A DNA stretch of 64,000 bases from Octopus sinensis. Taxonomy: Eukaryota. Below, piece after piece: positions 1 to 13,151 of the stretch. The stretch's first letter is position 1. Each line of letters starts with the position of its first letter. The DNA is taken from the NCBI RefSeq assembly GCF_006345805.1, contig NC_042998.1, forward strand, positions 157,294,001-157,358,000, written 5' to 3'. Below the pieces are notes generated by a model. That model made no database searches. It had not been told where the DNA came from and saw only the letters and a list, made by a program, of their open reading frames with translations. The position numbers and the translations under genes are program-made.

Positions 1-159
1 TTGTCTTAGGTTAATTTTTAGGACAACGTAAAGATTTATTTTGGAAATGCAATGAGAAAAAGTAAGTAGTAACAGTTGGTAGTACCAACTGTTACTTTTC
101 AGTAGAACTACTACTTGTATCTCGCATAGAGATTTTAGAACTAGCTACGTTGCTGTTTA

Positions 160-213
<54 letters not shown>

Positions 214-889
214 GTGTGTGTGTGTGTGTGTGTGTGTATCAGAATGTTTCATGTTAATCTTTAAGATCATAGGCTCATTGTAAACAGTGATTGTAGTCAC
301 GTTTTGGTCGAATGAAGCTTATACGTTTAGCCGTGATGATTTTGTCTATTCACTGATATTTATATTTGTTTTTCAAAATAGACGATGATCTTCCTCAAAA
401 GTTTCGCCAATTTATTTTAGAATTAAATTTAAAGTTGTTCACAGCTTGGGTAATCTTTCATTTCCGGTTGTTTTTAATTCTACAATTGTATTTAAGCGTA
501 CATATTGAGCGGTGTTTATCTTTTTCGTAAACTGTTTTGAAACGTTACTTCACATTTCTTTGTGTGTATTGTTACAGCGCCGTGTGTACATAAATATGTT
601 GATATATATGTCTCGTCTATATAGATATGTTTGAATATTGTTTAAATGTTTAATGTAGAAATATTGCATGCAATCTTACCGCACTCTGTAACTCAACTTT
701 TCCAATATTTCGTATGTTGCCTTTATATGAGCAGTAATTACACATGTCCGAGTATCGGACTAACCATAATGGTCTCGAAGATGTATGTATATATGTATGT
801 ATATGATTTTACGTATAGCTTGCGTTGCGAATAATTCCCTTCAACAACTGTTGATAATAGAGAGGAAAACATTTTCGGTATCTACTTAC

Positions 890-1088
890 AATGATCTTCC
901 TCCAGCGGTGTGGAGCAGTATTGACTGCAGCAGGGAATTTTCCATGTTTCTTTGGTCCAAAACATAGCCGTTGTATTTGCCTTTCTGCCACTCGGGTAGG
1001 CCTATTATCAGACCTGGGGTGTTTTTCACCAGTTCCTTGATTATTTTCAGATATTTGAAGAAATCCTTGTCTTTTCTCTCTTATACAT
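890..1088 (-). CDS. Candidate internal coding exon of an unidentified host gene
   Basis: Long T-rich tract then CCAG acceptor (exon from 1088) or TAAG acceptor (from 1079); GTAAGT donor at 889-884. The open frame RKDKDFFKYLKIIKELVKNTPGLIIGLPEWQKGKYNGYVLDQRNMENSLLQSILLHTAGGRS has many G/C-ending codons against an AT-rich background. Protein not recognised. Confidence 0.55.
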
Positions 1089-1304
1089 CTGGCACAAATA
1101 TAACAAACGAACAAATAAATAAACAAGAAAAAAACCAAGTAAATAAACAAGGAACAAACAAACTAACCAACTTATGCATGTAATATAATTTAAGTTTTAG
1201 AGACTTCGAATTTTCCGCGAGTATATGACTTATCGTCACTTGCCTCGAGTCCTCTATGCAAAGTCAAAGGATGCAGGAGAACTGTTCGGATGCAAGAGCT
1301 CTGT

Positions 1305-1443
1305 TCAGCAAATCTATGATATTGAGCAGAATATTTGCTGTAGCCCATCTTTTACACCATGACAAAATATTTACATGATAACACTTCCAATCAGTTAAGA
1401 TCAGAAGCCACGAGAGCCACTGCCTGGTACTGCATCAGGGCAT
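1305..1443 (-). mobile_element. 5' part of the ~550-bp non-coding (TAA)n-associated element
   Basis: Reverse complement matches the start of the copies at 60919 and 62659 (ATGCCCTGATGCAGTACCAGGCAGTGGCTCTC...GGCTTCTGATCTTAACTGATTGGAAGTG); abuts an (ATC)/(ATT)n tract. Confidence 0.8.
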
Positions 1444-1448
1444 TTATT

Positions 1449-1486
<38 letters not shown>

Positions 1487-1499
1487 TATCATTATTATT

Positions 1500-3437
1500 T
1501 TTATTATTATTATTATTCAGTAGTTTTATTTTTATAGCGTGCTTTCACTTCACTACCGAGCGCAGCTCTGTGTGCCTTGGGTATGTGCTGTGATTTGTTG
1601 TGATGCTCTGATGGTTATTGTATGGAAAGTGTTCTGCGTAGGATGTGTGCAGTGCCTAGTAGTGCAATTTTCTGTATGTTATATGTGTTTGTAAGTCCTG
1701 GTGTTTTTGTTATGTATTTGTCTGAATATTTTTTTATCATGCCTAATGCACCTACTATGATAGGAATTGTTTCTGTTTTCAGGTTCCACATTCTAGTTAT
1801 CTCTATTTCCAGGTCTTTGTATTTTGAGAGTTTCTCCATTTCTTTTAGAGACACGTTGTCATCTGCCGGTATTGATACATCAATTAGAAAGCATTTTTTT
1901 TCTTCATGATCTCTGACAACTATATCTGGTCTGTTGGCCTTAATTTCTCTATCTGTGTGTATCGGCATATCCCAGAGTATGGTTGCTTTCTCGTTTTCTG
2001 TGACCTTTTCTGGTGTGTGCCTATACCATCTTTTTTCTGTTGTTATTCCATAATGTTGGCATAGCTTCCAATGTATGTAGGTTCCAACTCTGTCATGTCT
2101 GTGAATATATTCCTTCTTAGCCAGGACCGGGCAGCTAGAGATAATATGATTTATTGTTTCTTGTCCATCTCCACATATTCTGCAGTTACTTGTAATATTT
2201 CTTTTCATTACATGTTTTTGGTAATTTCTGGTGGGGAGGCTTTGGTCTTGTGCTGCAATTAAAAAATCCCTCTGTTTCTGCTTTGAGTCCTGAGCTTCTC
2301 AACCATTGCTGGGATTTTTCTTTGTCTATTTCTTTTGCGTTTAGTTTAGTGCAGTATTTACCATGAAGGGGCTTTTCTTGCCATCGTTTTATCATGGCTC
2401 GTTGCTGTTCTATTTTTAGTTTGGATTTCATTTGTTTTATAGCTTTTGTTGTTTCTTCATCATCTTCTTCTTCTTCTTTGTGTTTATTAGGTGGTATGAT
2501 TTCTTGTTTGTATTTGTCAGCTTCCTTAAATACTGAGAACAGTTTTTTGTTTTGCTCGTGTTTTGCTGCTATCTGGATCAGTTTTCCTTCCTTCTGAAGT
2601 AGGTATTTTTGCAGTCCTATGGTGGTTATTTTATAGTAGTTTTCCAGCTGTATAAGGCCTCTACCACCTTCTATACGTTGTATATATAGTCTTTCTGTCA
2701 GATTTTGGGTGATGCATCCTAGATCCTGTCATTATTTTTCTTGTTTTCCTATCTATGTTGGTCAGTTCATTTAGTGTCCAGTTAAGGATATTGTAGCTGT
2801 AACTTATAACTGGGACAGCTAAAGTGTTAATACCTATTATCTTGTTTTTAGCATTGAGCTCTGTTTTTAGTATTGATCTAACTCGTCTATAATATTCTTT
2901 TTTTATTTTCTCTTTCATTTGTGTGTGTTGTGTCTTATCTAGTTCATGGATTCCTAAGTATTTGTAAGTTTGGCTTTGGTCTAATTCTTTTATTTCATTG
3001 GTTTTATCTAGTGTGATGTTGTTACTCTTAACTAGTTTTCCTCTTTTCAGAGTTACTTTGGCGCATTTTTCTAATCCAAATTTCATATCTATTTCTTTGG
3101 TAAATCCATGAACTGTCTTTAATAGTGTTTCCAGCTGTTTGTCATTTGCAGCGTATAGTTTTAGGTCATCCATATATAAAAGGTGGCTGGTCGTTTTGCC
3201 GTAACATTTATATCCGCATCCAGTTCTATTTAGCATATCAGATAGAGGTGACAGTGCCAAGCAGAAAAGGAGTGGAGAGAGCGTGTCTCCCTGGAATATT
3301 CCTCTTCTAATGGGGATAGCTTTGGTTTTCATGAGTCCCTCTTTTGTTTGGAGCTGTGGCACTGTTTGCCATTTATTCATAGAGTGCCCTATGAATTTTA
3401 TAATTGTTGGTGCTACTTTGTTAATGGCTAGTGTTTC
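1500..3437 (-). mobile_element. 5'-truncated R4/Dong-type non-LTR retrotransposon (family A): RT, CCHC knuckle and RLE endonuclease
   Basis: RT motifs RGIFQGDTLSP and YMDD (ORF 2661-3623); CRIC...HIISSC knuckle, RHD and RPDIVV...LIDV RLE motifs (ORF 1615-2208); ~95-bp 3' UTR followed by an (AAT)n tail; also begins at an (AAT)n tract; a few frameshifts. Confidence 0.93.
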
Positions 3438-3447
3438 GTTATTATTA

Positions 3448-3487
<40 letters not shown>

Positions 3488-3489
3488 TA

Positions 3490-3590
<101 letters not shown>

Positions 3591-3599
3591 GTTATTATC

Positions 3600-3800
3600 G
3601 TTTGCTTCAGGATGCAGAGCCATTCAGAAGTAATATGTTGTTCTTGTTTTCTCCATATCTTACCCCAGAAAAATCGACTTTCATCAGCATCCGGGACTAA
3701 TCTTTCACGTTTTTTTATCTTCATTAATCGCTTGGTAAACTCTGTTTTGGTGGGTTCTAAACAATTTATTTTGTTGGTATTGCTTAATCCATTGTTCAAA
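3600..3800 (-). mobile_element. Fragment of a second R4/Dong-type LINE (pre-RT region)
   Basis: VPDADESRFFWGKIW...EQH...EWL resembles the pre-RT region of the Dong-like copies at about 18.5, 21.6 and 55.4 kb. Confidence 0.6.
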
Positions 3801-3809
3801 CCTGAAATT

Positions 3810-4679
<870 letters not shown>

Positions 4680-5163
4680 AGTGTGTATGTGTGTGTGTGG
4701 TGGTAAAAAGACAGGAGGTGACTCATCATTGAGGCAGTGAAGTGACAGAAATATTAGAGCATCGGACATAATACTTGCAGATTTTCTTCTGTTCCTGTAC
4801 ATTCTTATTTTAAATCCCGTCGAAATCAACTAATCCCTGGTCGATAAATTAAGAGTCCATTCAATTACATCAACACTGGTAATTTCTGGTTTTGTACTTA
4901 TATTAGAACTAATTGTTATTATTTTAGTGCCCTTATATTTTACGAAACGCTTCAATGCGGAACTTAGTGCATGAGTCTGTGGTATTTTGTTTTTTGTTTT
5001 GTTTGGTATTCATGCACTTTATATATGTGTGTAATATCTGTTAGCATTATTTCTTTATATGATGTATATGTAAGTCTAAATGTATTAATTATATATTCAT
5101 CTATATATTTTATCAGTTTCAGTGCTCAAGAATTATTTCTATTTGAAATCTTCAGACATTCTG

Positions 5164-6300
5164 TTGGGTTGTCCGGAAAGTTCGTGTCGATTTATAGTAG
5201 CTTACCTTTCGACTTATTTTAGAACATGGTTGAGTTCATAAAATAGGATTTGACTACACCTCCATTTAGAGCACAGTTTAAGCTATCTTTTCATGGAAGA
5301 AGGTTTATGTTTCTATAATCTGTGTTAATTCTGCAACACTTTAAAATGGAAGATAAGAAAGTTCCTTTTCTGCACTTGATACTTTTCTTTTTCCGTAAAG
5401 GGAAAAATGCTTCACAAGCAACCAAAGTAATATGCGCAGTTTACGGTGATGTTTCTTTATCCGAAAGAACTGTACGGAAGTGGATCGCAAGGGTCCGAGC
5501 TGGAGATTGTAACCTTATTGATAAAAAGCGATTAAGAAGCCCATCCACTACAGATGATGACCAAATCAAGTCATTAATTGAGAATAACCCACAGTGCACA
5601 ACCCGGGAATTGGCAGAAAGCCTCAACCTATTAAAATCCGTCGTTCATGAGCACCTGGTAAAGCTTGGGTACACAAATCGCTACGATGTTTGGGTACCAC
5701 ATGAGTTGAGTGAGAAGAACCTTTTGGATCGCATTTCCACCTGTGATTCGCTTTATAAACGGAATGAAAACGCGCCTTTTTTTAAAGCAAATTGTGACAG
5801 GTGATGAGAAATGGATTATCTACCGAAATATTCAGAGAAAGCGATCCTGGAATAAGTGACATGAACCATCCTTAGCCACCTCAAAAGCGAGTCTTCACCC
5901 TAAGAAAGTCTTGCTTTGTGTCTGATGGGATTGGAGAGGAATTCTGTACTATGAGCTTCTCCCAAGTAACCAGACAATTAATTCTGAGAAATACTGCACA
6001 CAACTGGACGAGTTAAAAGCAGCAATTCAAGAGAAACGACCAGAATTGGCCAACAGCAAGGGTGTTGTTTTCCAACAAGATAATGCATGACCGCACGTTT
6101 CTTTAGGAATCAGACAAAAATTGCTGCAGCTCGGCTGGGATGTGTTACACCACCCTCCATATACACCAGATATTGCTCCTTCGGATTTCCACTTATTCAG
6201 GTCTCTGTAGAATAGTCTTAATGGTAAAAATTTCAATTCTTTGGATGACGTAAAAAGATACATTGATGAATTCTTTGCCATGAAACCACCTCAATTTCTT
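5164..6300 (+). mobile_element. Mariner DD34D transposon, mauritiana/Mos1-like, decayed and lacking the right end
   Basis: Left TIR-like TTGGGTTGTCCGGAAAG; HTH region; WVPHEL motif; TGDEKW, QDNA and YTPDIAPSD with 34 residues between D2 and D3; several stops and one frameshift. Confidence 0.92.
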
Positions 6301-6488
6301 CTTAATCCACTTGTTTCTTAATCCATTTCCACTCTATTCAGATTATTTCAAACATTACGTATTTTACCCCATTCTAGTTTAACATATTCATCAATATGCT
6401 AATACCAATCGAATATGTAGTTGAAAAAAATTGATTTGGAACAGGTATTTTTAATATCAAGATGTGGGCATTTTGCCTTTTGTTAATT

Positions 6489-7355
6489 ACCTCCGCCAAG
6501 AAAGGAGGTTATGTTTTCATCGGCGTTGGTTTGTCCATCTGTCCGTCTGCGTGCAAAATAACAAAAAAAGTTGTGAACAGTATTTGATGAAACTTGCAGG
6601 GAATTTTTATGGATTCTTGTAGGATTTCTCATTTATTATATTTACTTTACATGAAGTATTACATTGAAAACACGTTCATCGTTTCTACGTAAGCTATGGT
6701 GGCGTTGCTAGTGGCGTTGCTGTTTCCAAAGTTTTATTTTCGTTTCTCTATTAGTAATTTTACTCGGGTATATATGGACTCTTGAGGGAAGATTGATACT
6801 ATACTGACCACAGAGGGATGTAAAGTAGGTATGTAGGTTTAGTTTCGTAAGTAGACAGATACCTCTTTTATCATTGCCAAGGAATCATCTTACTATCGTC
6901 CTTGGTGATTTCAACGTGGATCTCCTTCATTTCTCTAACAATGAGATCTTGACAACTATGAACCAGTTTGGGCTCGACCAACTAGTCCCAAAAACCCACC
7001 ACCGACTATGGAAGCCTGCTAGATCCTGTTTACGTGAACCAGAATCGGCGTCCACAAGTAACTGTAACCGACTGTTACTTTTCCGACCATGCTGTTGTGT
7101 ATGTATCACTCAAGCTTTAGGTAATTGTTGTTTCATTGTATTATAACTGCTTCGGATGATTCCTGTTTTTAAATTAAAAAAAAAAAATCATATGACTGTT
7201 ATTTTTATATGACTGTTATTTTTTATAAACTCCGCCAAAGAGGTTATGTTTTTGCTGACATTGGTTTGGGAAATTGGGTGATTTTCAGCATGCGTGTATA
7301 TGGGTGGAAATGAGCTGTTTGGCGGAGGTCCGCGCTTTCTCAGTGCTTTCCCAGT
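6489..7355 (+). mobile_element. Helentron/HINE-like element carrying a C-terminal apurinic-like endonuclease remnant
   Basis: 5' ACCTCCGCCAAG..GGAGGTTATGTTTT plus GTCY microsatellite (6489-6551); a second 5' end at 7228; 3' subterminal inverted repeat GGCGGAGGT plus hairpin (7321-7346). EN motifs IVLGDFNVDLL and, after a frameshift, PTTDYGSLLD...DCYFSDH end in a stop (about 6880-7120). Confidence 0.7.
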
Positions 7356-8835
7356 ACTTTTCTAGAAGTTTCTATCTGCTGAATTGTTTACCATTTTACT
7401 CACTACTTACAATTTATATTTCTGTGTGTATTCTTTATCTAAGGTTTTTACTGTTCAGTTTTCCGCAAATATACTATGGTTTGAATTTGTGGGGTTATAT
7501 TTTTTTATTTACTTATTTGCCGCGTTAGGTATATATGTATTCAACTTTAATCTTTTAAGTTTTTAATTCCATTGTTTGTGTTTTAGTTATGTATTCTTTA
7601 TTTCATATGTTCAATTTCTATATATGATATCTTCTTTCATTTGAGAAATGTTTCATCTTTAATTAACAAATCTTTTGAGACGCAGTTACTTTTTACATCA
7701 GGATAATATTCTCTCCTAATTTTATTCGAAAATATAGGAATTTCGTTATTTATGTACAGTTTATCTGAGCATTTATTTAGATTATTTGTTTCTGGTGATG
7801 TGAGATATGAAGATTTTATGTTATATGTTTGATACGTTTATATTTCTAGCATTCAGACTATGTATTCCCTTTGTAACCTTGGATTGAATGATATGGCTTC
7901 CGTTTACATTGTTCGCTTTTGTCTTTTATGAGATGGGGGCTGAATCAATTTGGTACTGAATTAAATTGTGGAGTATTGGTAATCGATCGCCGACTAATAT
8001 GAAAATTTACAACTTAATTTGCTGTTAAATTTATGAAATAAAATATTATAAAATTTCACAAATAGTTAATGAACTTCTTATAGACTTATCTATCAATATT
8101 TTCTTTATTTCTTTTTCTGTGTTTGTTAAATATTTCATCGATGCCGGTAGTGATTTTTCGAAGCACTGAAAACAAACAAACAAACAAAAAATACACATAC
8201 TTACTCACACAAAGGTTGCAGAACACAAAACAACGAAAACAGGTGAAAAGCAACAATTTCTTCTAAGCGGCCGTGGAATCTCAACTCAAGAGAATAACAA
8301 AGAAAAGGAAGAAGTTGAACATGACCTGAAATTCATCATTCTCTGAAAATCAGACATCCAATTAATAGACAATATAACGTATCTGCCATGGCGCGGTCTC
8401 CCAGAAATAAAATTGACGCATAAACGGTTATGTCCAGACTATAAATCCTGTGCAAAAGGTACGTTGCTTGTAAAATTAAAATTAGGACTTTCTATCGTAC
8501 TTAAAGAATGGAACCCTCAATGTGTTAGACCTTCAACATGAAATACCTAAAATACATGGTGCATTCGGTTGAATTCGAACACAGATTGAACGAACACAGT
8601 GATTGAATGAACAGGGTCGTAGAGTACTCATCTCAGCTTAATTACTAATATTTCATGCTTTATTTTAAAAATTATACCTTGTACTTTTTAAATTATTTAA
8701 GTTTTTTTCCGTTCAAATATGTGCGCTTGTATGCATACATATGAGTATAGAGTCAAGAGATGAGATCCAAAGATGCTCAATACAAAATGCTTGGCAACGC
8801 TCAAATGATTTGATCTTACAATCCGAAATCTTTAC

Positions 8836-8878
8836 CGATGACTAATTCTGTGGGGTAGAGAGTGGCCATAAGAGAAAT
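8836..8878 (-). CDS. Candidate 43-nt exon (ISLMATLYPTELVI)
   Basis: Pyrimidine-rich CTAG acceptor and G|GTAAAG donor; phase 0 to 1, compatible with the open frame of the 890-1088 exon. Confidence 0.3.
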
Positions 8879-10907
8879 CTAGGCGAGCGAATATGGAGAT
8901 AATTATGCAAAATAAACAAATGAAACAACTTAGGCTAGATATACAAAATATGCATAGAAATATACATGTAAATAGAGACTGAAGACTGAAAATATTCAGA
9001 CAATGAATATTCATGTATATATAGATATTTATATATTAACAGGGCAAACTTAAACACAATATAAAGACACAGAAAATTAAGGGAATAAAGTATGGTATTA
9101 CAGGTCCAACAGCTGTTTCTGGGGTCTCGGAATTACTTCATAATGTTGGCAGATACTATTCGCAAAAAGCCAAGGATATGCAATCAGTAGTGGAAACACA
9201 TAAATATTAGATAGATCCAGCCTACGTCTTCAGGGTGGAGAGATATGTATATTGCATTTCAAATTGTAATGCATGGAAATTTAAAGGTAGAATGGGTGAA
9301 AAGGAAGGCCAATAGACGTAAGTGGAGACATGAAGTAGGTGGCTGTAGGAAGTATTTTGGACTTATGCATGCTCAAAATAATTGCGCTTATATTTATAAA
9401 TCGCATCTTTATGAAAGTTACCATGAAATACCTAATCATTAAAACGGTCTACACGTTACATTCTGAAAGTCAATGCAACATTTCTCATTTCTATAAATAG
9501 ATATTTACTCAGTTTCAGCAATGCAAGGAATTAAGTTGTTATCCTTTTCTAAATCACTTGCAACCGTATCGAATTCAATAGCCTGCTTTTCTACGCTAGA
9601 CACAGCTAGGGTTAAAGATCACCTCTGGAATTCAACAAAGTACTATTTTTTTTAAGCGAAACTTCTATGTGTTTGTAGTAACAAAACGAATCACTACACT
9701 AATATCTAGAGGAGTTCGGATAGCAAAAATCAAGTATTGGGATTTTGGTTTTAATGCTGTGCGGGAAAGGTAATAAATGAGATTGTTAATCAACTGGAGA
9801 GGAAGTAGTAGTACTGCAAATATGTCAGCCTAAACGTTATGTCTTTCTCTCTCAGACGCATACGAACATACGTAGCTAGATACAAGCATAGATGCATCCA
9901 TACTTACATATAAACTTACCTGTATACATACATTTCTACATTCATGTGAAAAAGACACATAAATAAATCATCTGTTAGGTTTTGAAATTTAGCTCACCAT
10001 TGATATGGATAAGAGTAGGATTTCTGAAAACTGCACAACATAACCATTATGATGATCACTGGGCATGCTACAATTACTTTTAATAATTCTTGAATACTTT
10101 CTAAGGTGTCTGGAAACTGCTAGAATATTGAGTATTGGTTAAAGAGTCAGTAATTCGTATCATATTGAATCTGCGAAGGTCGTTTTAGAAATGAATTCAA
10201 TCTACTTCGAATAAAATATCACGTAAACAAATTATCTAACCACAGTGAAAATCCTGTAAATATTGCCAATGTAACGATCTCTCAAATCTCATTTACTGTA
10301 TGTACACAAATTTTTTTCGATATTAAAATATTTCATGTATGCACTTAGATTCAAAGCATAAAAATGTTACAGGTCAGTTGCATCTCACAAAAAATATGGT
10401 ATAAAGCAGAAACATCTCATAAAAAATGATATAGTTCAACTATTTAACTGGTTTTATAACGTTGAACATAATTAGATATGTTATGATCAATAGTGTCACA
10501 TTAAAGGCAAATAACTCATAGAGAATATTTCCAAGAAGTCCGCTTTAGTAATCGAGATTTTATAATCATGAACTATATTGGCAACACCATCTTTGAGTCT
10601 TTACATGATCTGAACATATGTTTGCTCTTCGAAGGAAGGGGTGCCTGTGCATTATATGTACGAAGAAATACAATTAAAAACATCGATATTGACTGTGAAC
10701 AGAAAGAAAATAAATGATATCTCTAAAATATTATAAGATTGCATATTTGCAATAACCTTAACACACACGCTACTTGTGATTGTATATACCTATGCTTAAA
10801 TGATAAGCACATCCAAATGACATAGCCAAAAGTCAACACTATCATTATCATCAATAAATTTCTTATCTCCAATCAACCTTCTGAATCGCGTATTCATTAT
10901 AAATGCA

Positions 10908-10964
10908 CTAGCTGACCCCGTGCCGTCAAAAATGACGGCTAATTGTAGTATTTTATATATAAGT
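10908..10964 (-). mobile_element. Miniature Helitron-like element (~57 bp)
   Basis: On the minus strand: CTTATATATAAAA start, 7-bp-stem hairpin GCCGTCA-TTTT-TGACGGC, then CTAG followed by T. Confidence 0.5.
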
Positions 10965-12419
10965 AAGGTACAAAATAAGGTACATAGTAATCACACATAC
11001 AAACATTAATATACTTCCCTTGCACACGCACACGCATACACACATATACTACTCCCACGGAGTTGAAACGCTATTTGATTTTTCTTCTCAGCTTTTGGTT
11101 TTTCTTCTCACCATCCCATTTCCATTGGACACAGACACGCACACACACACAAACATTCACATACATCCCTTTTACATACATACAGATATACCCACACAAA
11201 GTTGAAATGCTGTTTGATTTTGTTTTTACTGTAGTATTTCCATCATTCCACAACCACTTTGCCTTCATACCTTCCTTCCTTATTCATCTATCACTCATTC
11301 CTTTCTCATTCATATGTTATGACGGAGAAAAACACAAGAGTATTATTATAATAGATGGTTTTTATTATATCGTGGAGAGTAGATATGATTTCACAGGTTA
11401 TCGGCTACATCGTTTGAGATTTCCTAATTTATCCAAAGGCTTACAAGGATAGATTTGCAGAAACAAACTAAATGAAAATATCTAGTAATCTTTTGTATAC
11501 TGTTTGGTAAGCCGTAAAATTTTTGTGTTTTTCTTTTGATTGTAAGTAATTATTGAGTGTAATAATTTCTTGCCGAAAAGTAGAAATTGAAAGCCAAGGT
11601 GAACTTCAGCGAAATCTTTCAAGCGGTTATTGAACCTGAGTTTACAACCACTTTACCGATTATAATAATTGAATCTGGCATTTCTTTATAGTTCAATAAT
11701 GTTCGAGTACCGCCTCACGTAAAAGCACATGAAGTCAGTAAACATAGAAGAAAATAGTTTGAAATTACTTTTCGTTTTATTTCTATAAAAAGCGTATTAA
11801 TTAAAAAACTTTTTTCACAACTTGGACATGTATGGAGATACATTGATAGAAAACCAGACCAGATTTAACAGTACAAATCTATAGGAAAATCACGGAAAAA
11901 CAAGAATATTAATAATGACGAAAATGTGATTGAAATACCCATTCATTGACTTTGTCATAGCTGCACTGATAAAATAAAAATGTAAGATTAGGCCGAGGTA
12001 GTCAATCATGTTGTATAACATATACTATTGAATAGTGCACTCACCACTATGCAGATAATGGAGACAAGTACTAAGAATATATAAATAAAGATTTAAATAA
12101 ACCTTGTCAGACTTGAATAAGTATTATTGATGTATTGAGATCAGTTTGTAGTGAATTCTTTATTTCAACCGAGAATAAATAAAGTGAACTAATAAAATAC
12201 TGAAACAGATTTCTGTGAGGTCTCTGAACGATCAAAGTATTGTGGGAAATAATTCAGAAAAAAAAGTCAACAAATTATATTTGGCAAGCTGGTTTCCAGC
12301 CAACTTCAGAACAGATTGAAGAGTTTGTATGATAGCAATATGTCTTTATATATATTCAAAAGTCCGGGCATGTTTCTGGCTTTTTGGTGATTTCTATCAG
12401 ACTTAATGTATGTTCACAT

Positions 12420-12612
12420 ATAGTTGCAAAGATTCTGAAGTCGTCTGGAGGCTGTGGTTGAAGCCAATGGCGATTTTACTGAATAAATTTACTCTAGTAC
12501 TTCAAGATTTTTTATGTAATTTTGCTAAATATATCTGTTAAAATGAGATGTCAGTGTTATATTCATTTTTTTGTAGTTTAGACGATAATTGATTCCCCGC
12601 ACCCTGGATATA
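12420..12612 (+). mobile_element. 3' end of a Tc1/maT-like transposon
   Basis: C-terminal peptide RF*SRLEAVVEANGDFTE* and terminal CGCACCCTG (reverse complement CAGGGTG). Confidence 0.55.
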
Positions 12613-12717
12613 TATGAAATGAAGATCGACAACAATGTGAATCACTCTACATTGATTTTGTGAAATGTCTTCAATAGTGTAGATAAGAATTTTAAGCAAT
12701 GAATATATGGAGACTGT

Positions 12718-12812
12718 TATTCCGCCGAGGTCGACTTTGCATTTGTTCCCACGGGGTTGATAAAATAAATACCAGTTAATCACTGGAGTCGATGTAACGA
12801 ACTTATCTCTTG
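12718..12812 (+). mobile_element. Partial tRNA-derived SINE
   Basis: TTCCGCCGAGGTCGACTTTGC...TACCAGTT...GTCGATGTAA core shared with the copies at 46140-46582. Confidence 0.7.
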
Positions 12813-13151
12813 TGCCAAAATTTTAAACCAATACATGGAAGCTGCTCAAGGTGCATAGCGATTGGATTGCTTATTGTTCCTTATGTATGCTTTTGCTTCA
12901 GTATGTTCTATTTAAGCCGAAAGTGTATGCTGAATAATTTCTTACTGAATAATTACTTATTGACTGTAGCTATATCTTTTCTTGCTATTCATGTTTCATT
13001 TTAACTCGACATACTCAATAGTATTTACTAAAAGCCTTGATCATCACATGAATGTCAGTTTTATCTAGCGAATGTATAATTTTCCTCTACATTCGCCGTA
13101 CAGGAGGTACTTTCTACTGTACATATTTTTATAGGTACACGCACACACATA

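Noticed and set aside
7999-8458. Plus-strand frame resembling a type II membrane protein (hydrophobic stretch, then YLPWRGLP...CPDYKSC) ending at a GT
   Set aside because: Three in-frame stops, no recognised family, and it conflicts with minus-strand splice-like signals in the same region.
9095-9240. Hammerhead-like remnants (GAAACAGCTGTT; CTGAAGA) on the minus strand; a similar remnant near 32400-32430
   Set aside because: Core or stems too decayed to call.
9509-9624. Candidate exon R*SLTLAVSSVEKQAIEFDTV...; other exon-like bits at 27471-27520 and about 25387-25436
   Set aside because: In-frame stops or phases incompatible with neighbouring candidates; splice-like signals are common by chance in AT-rich DNA.
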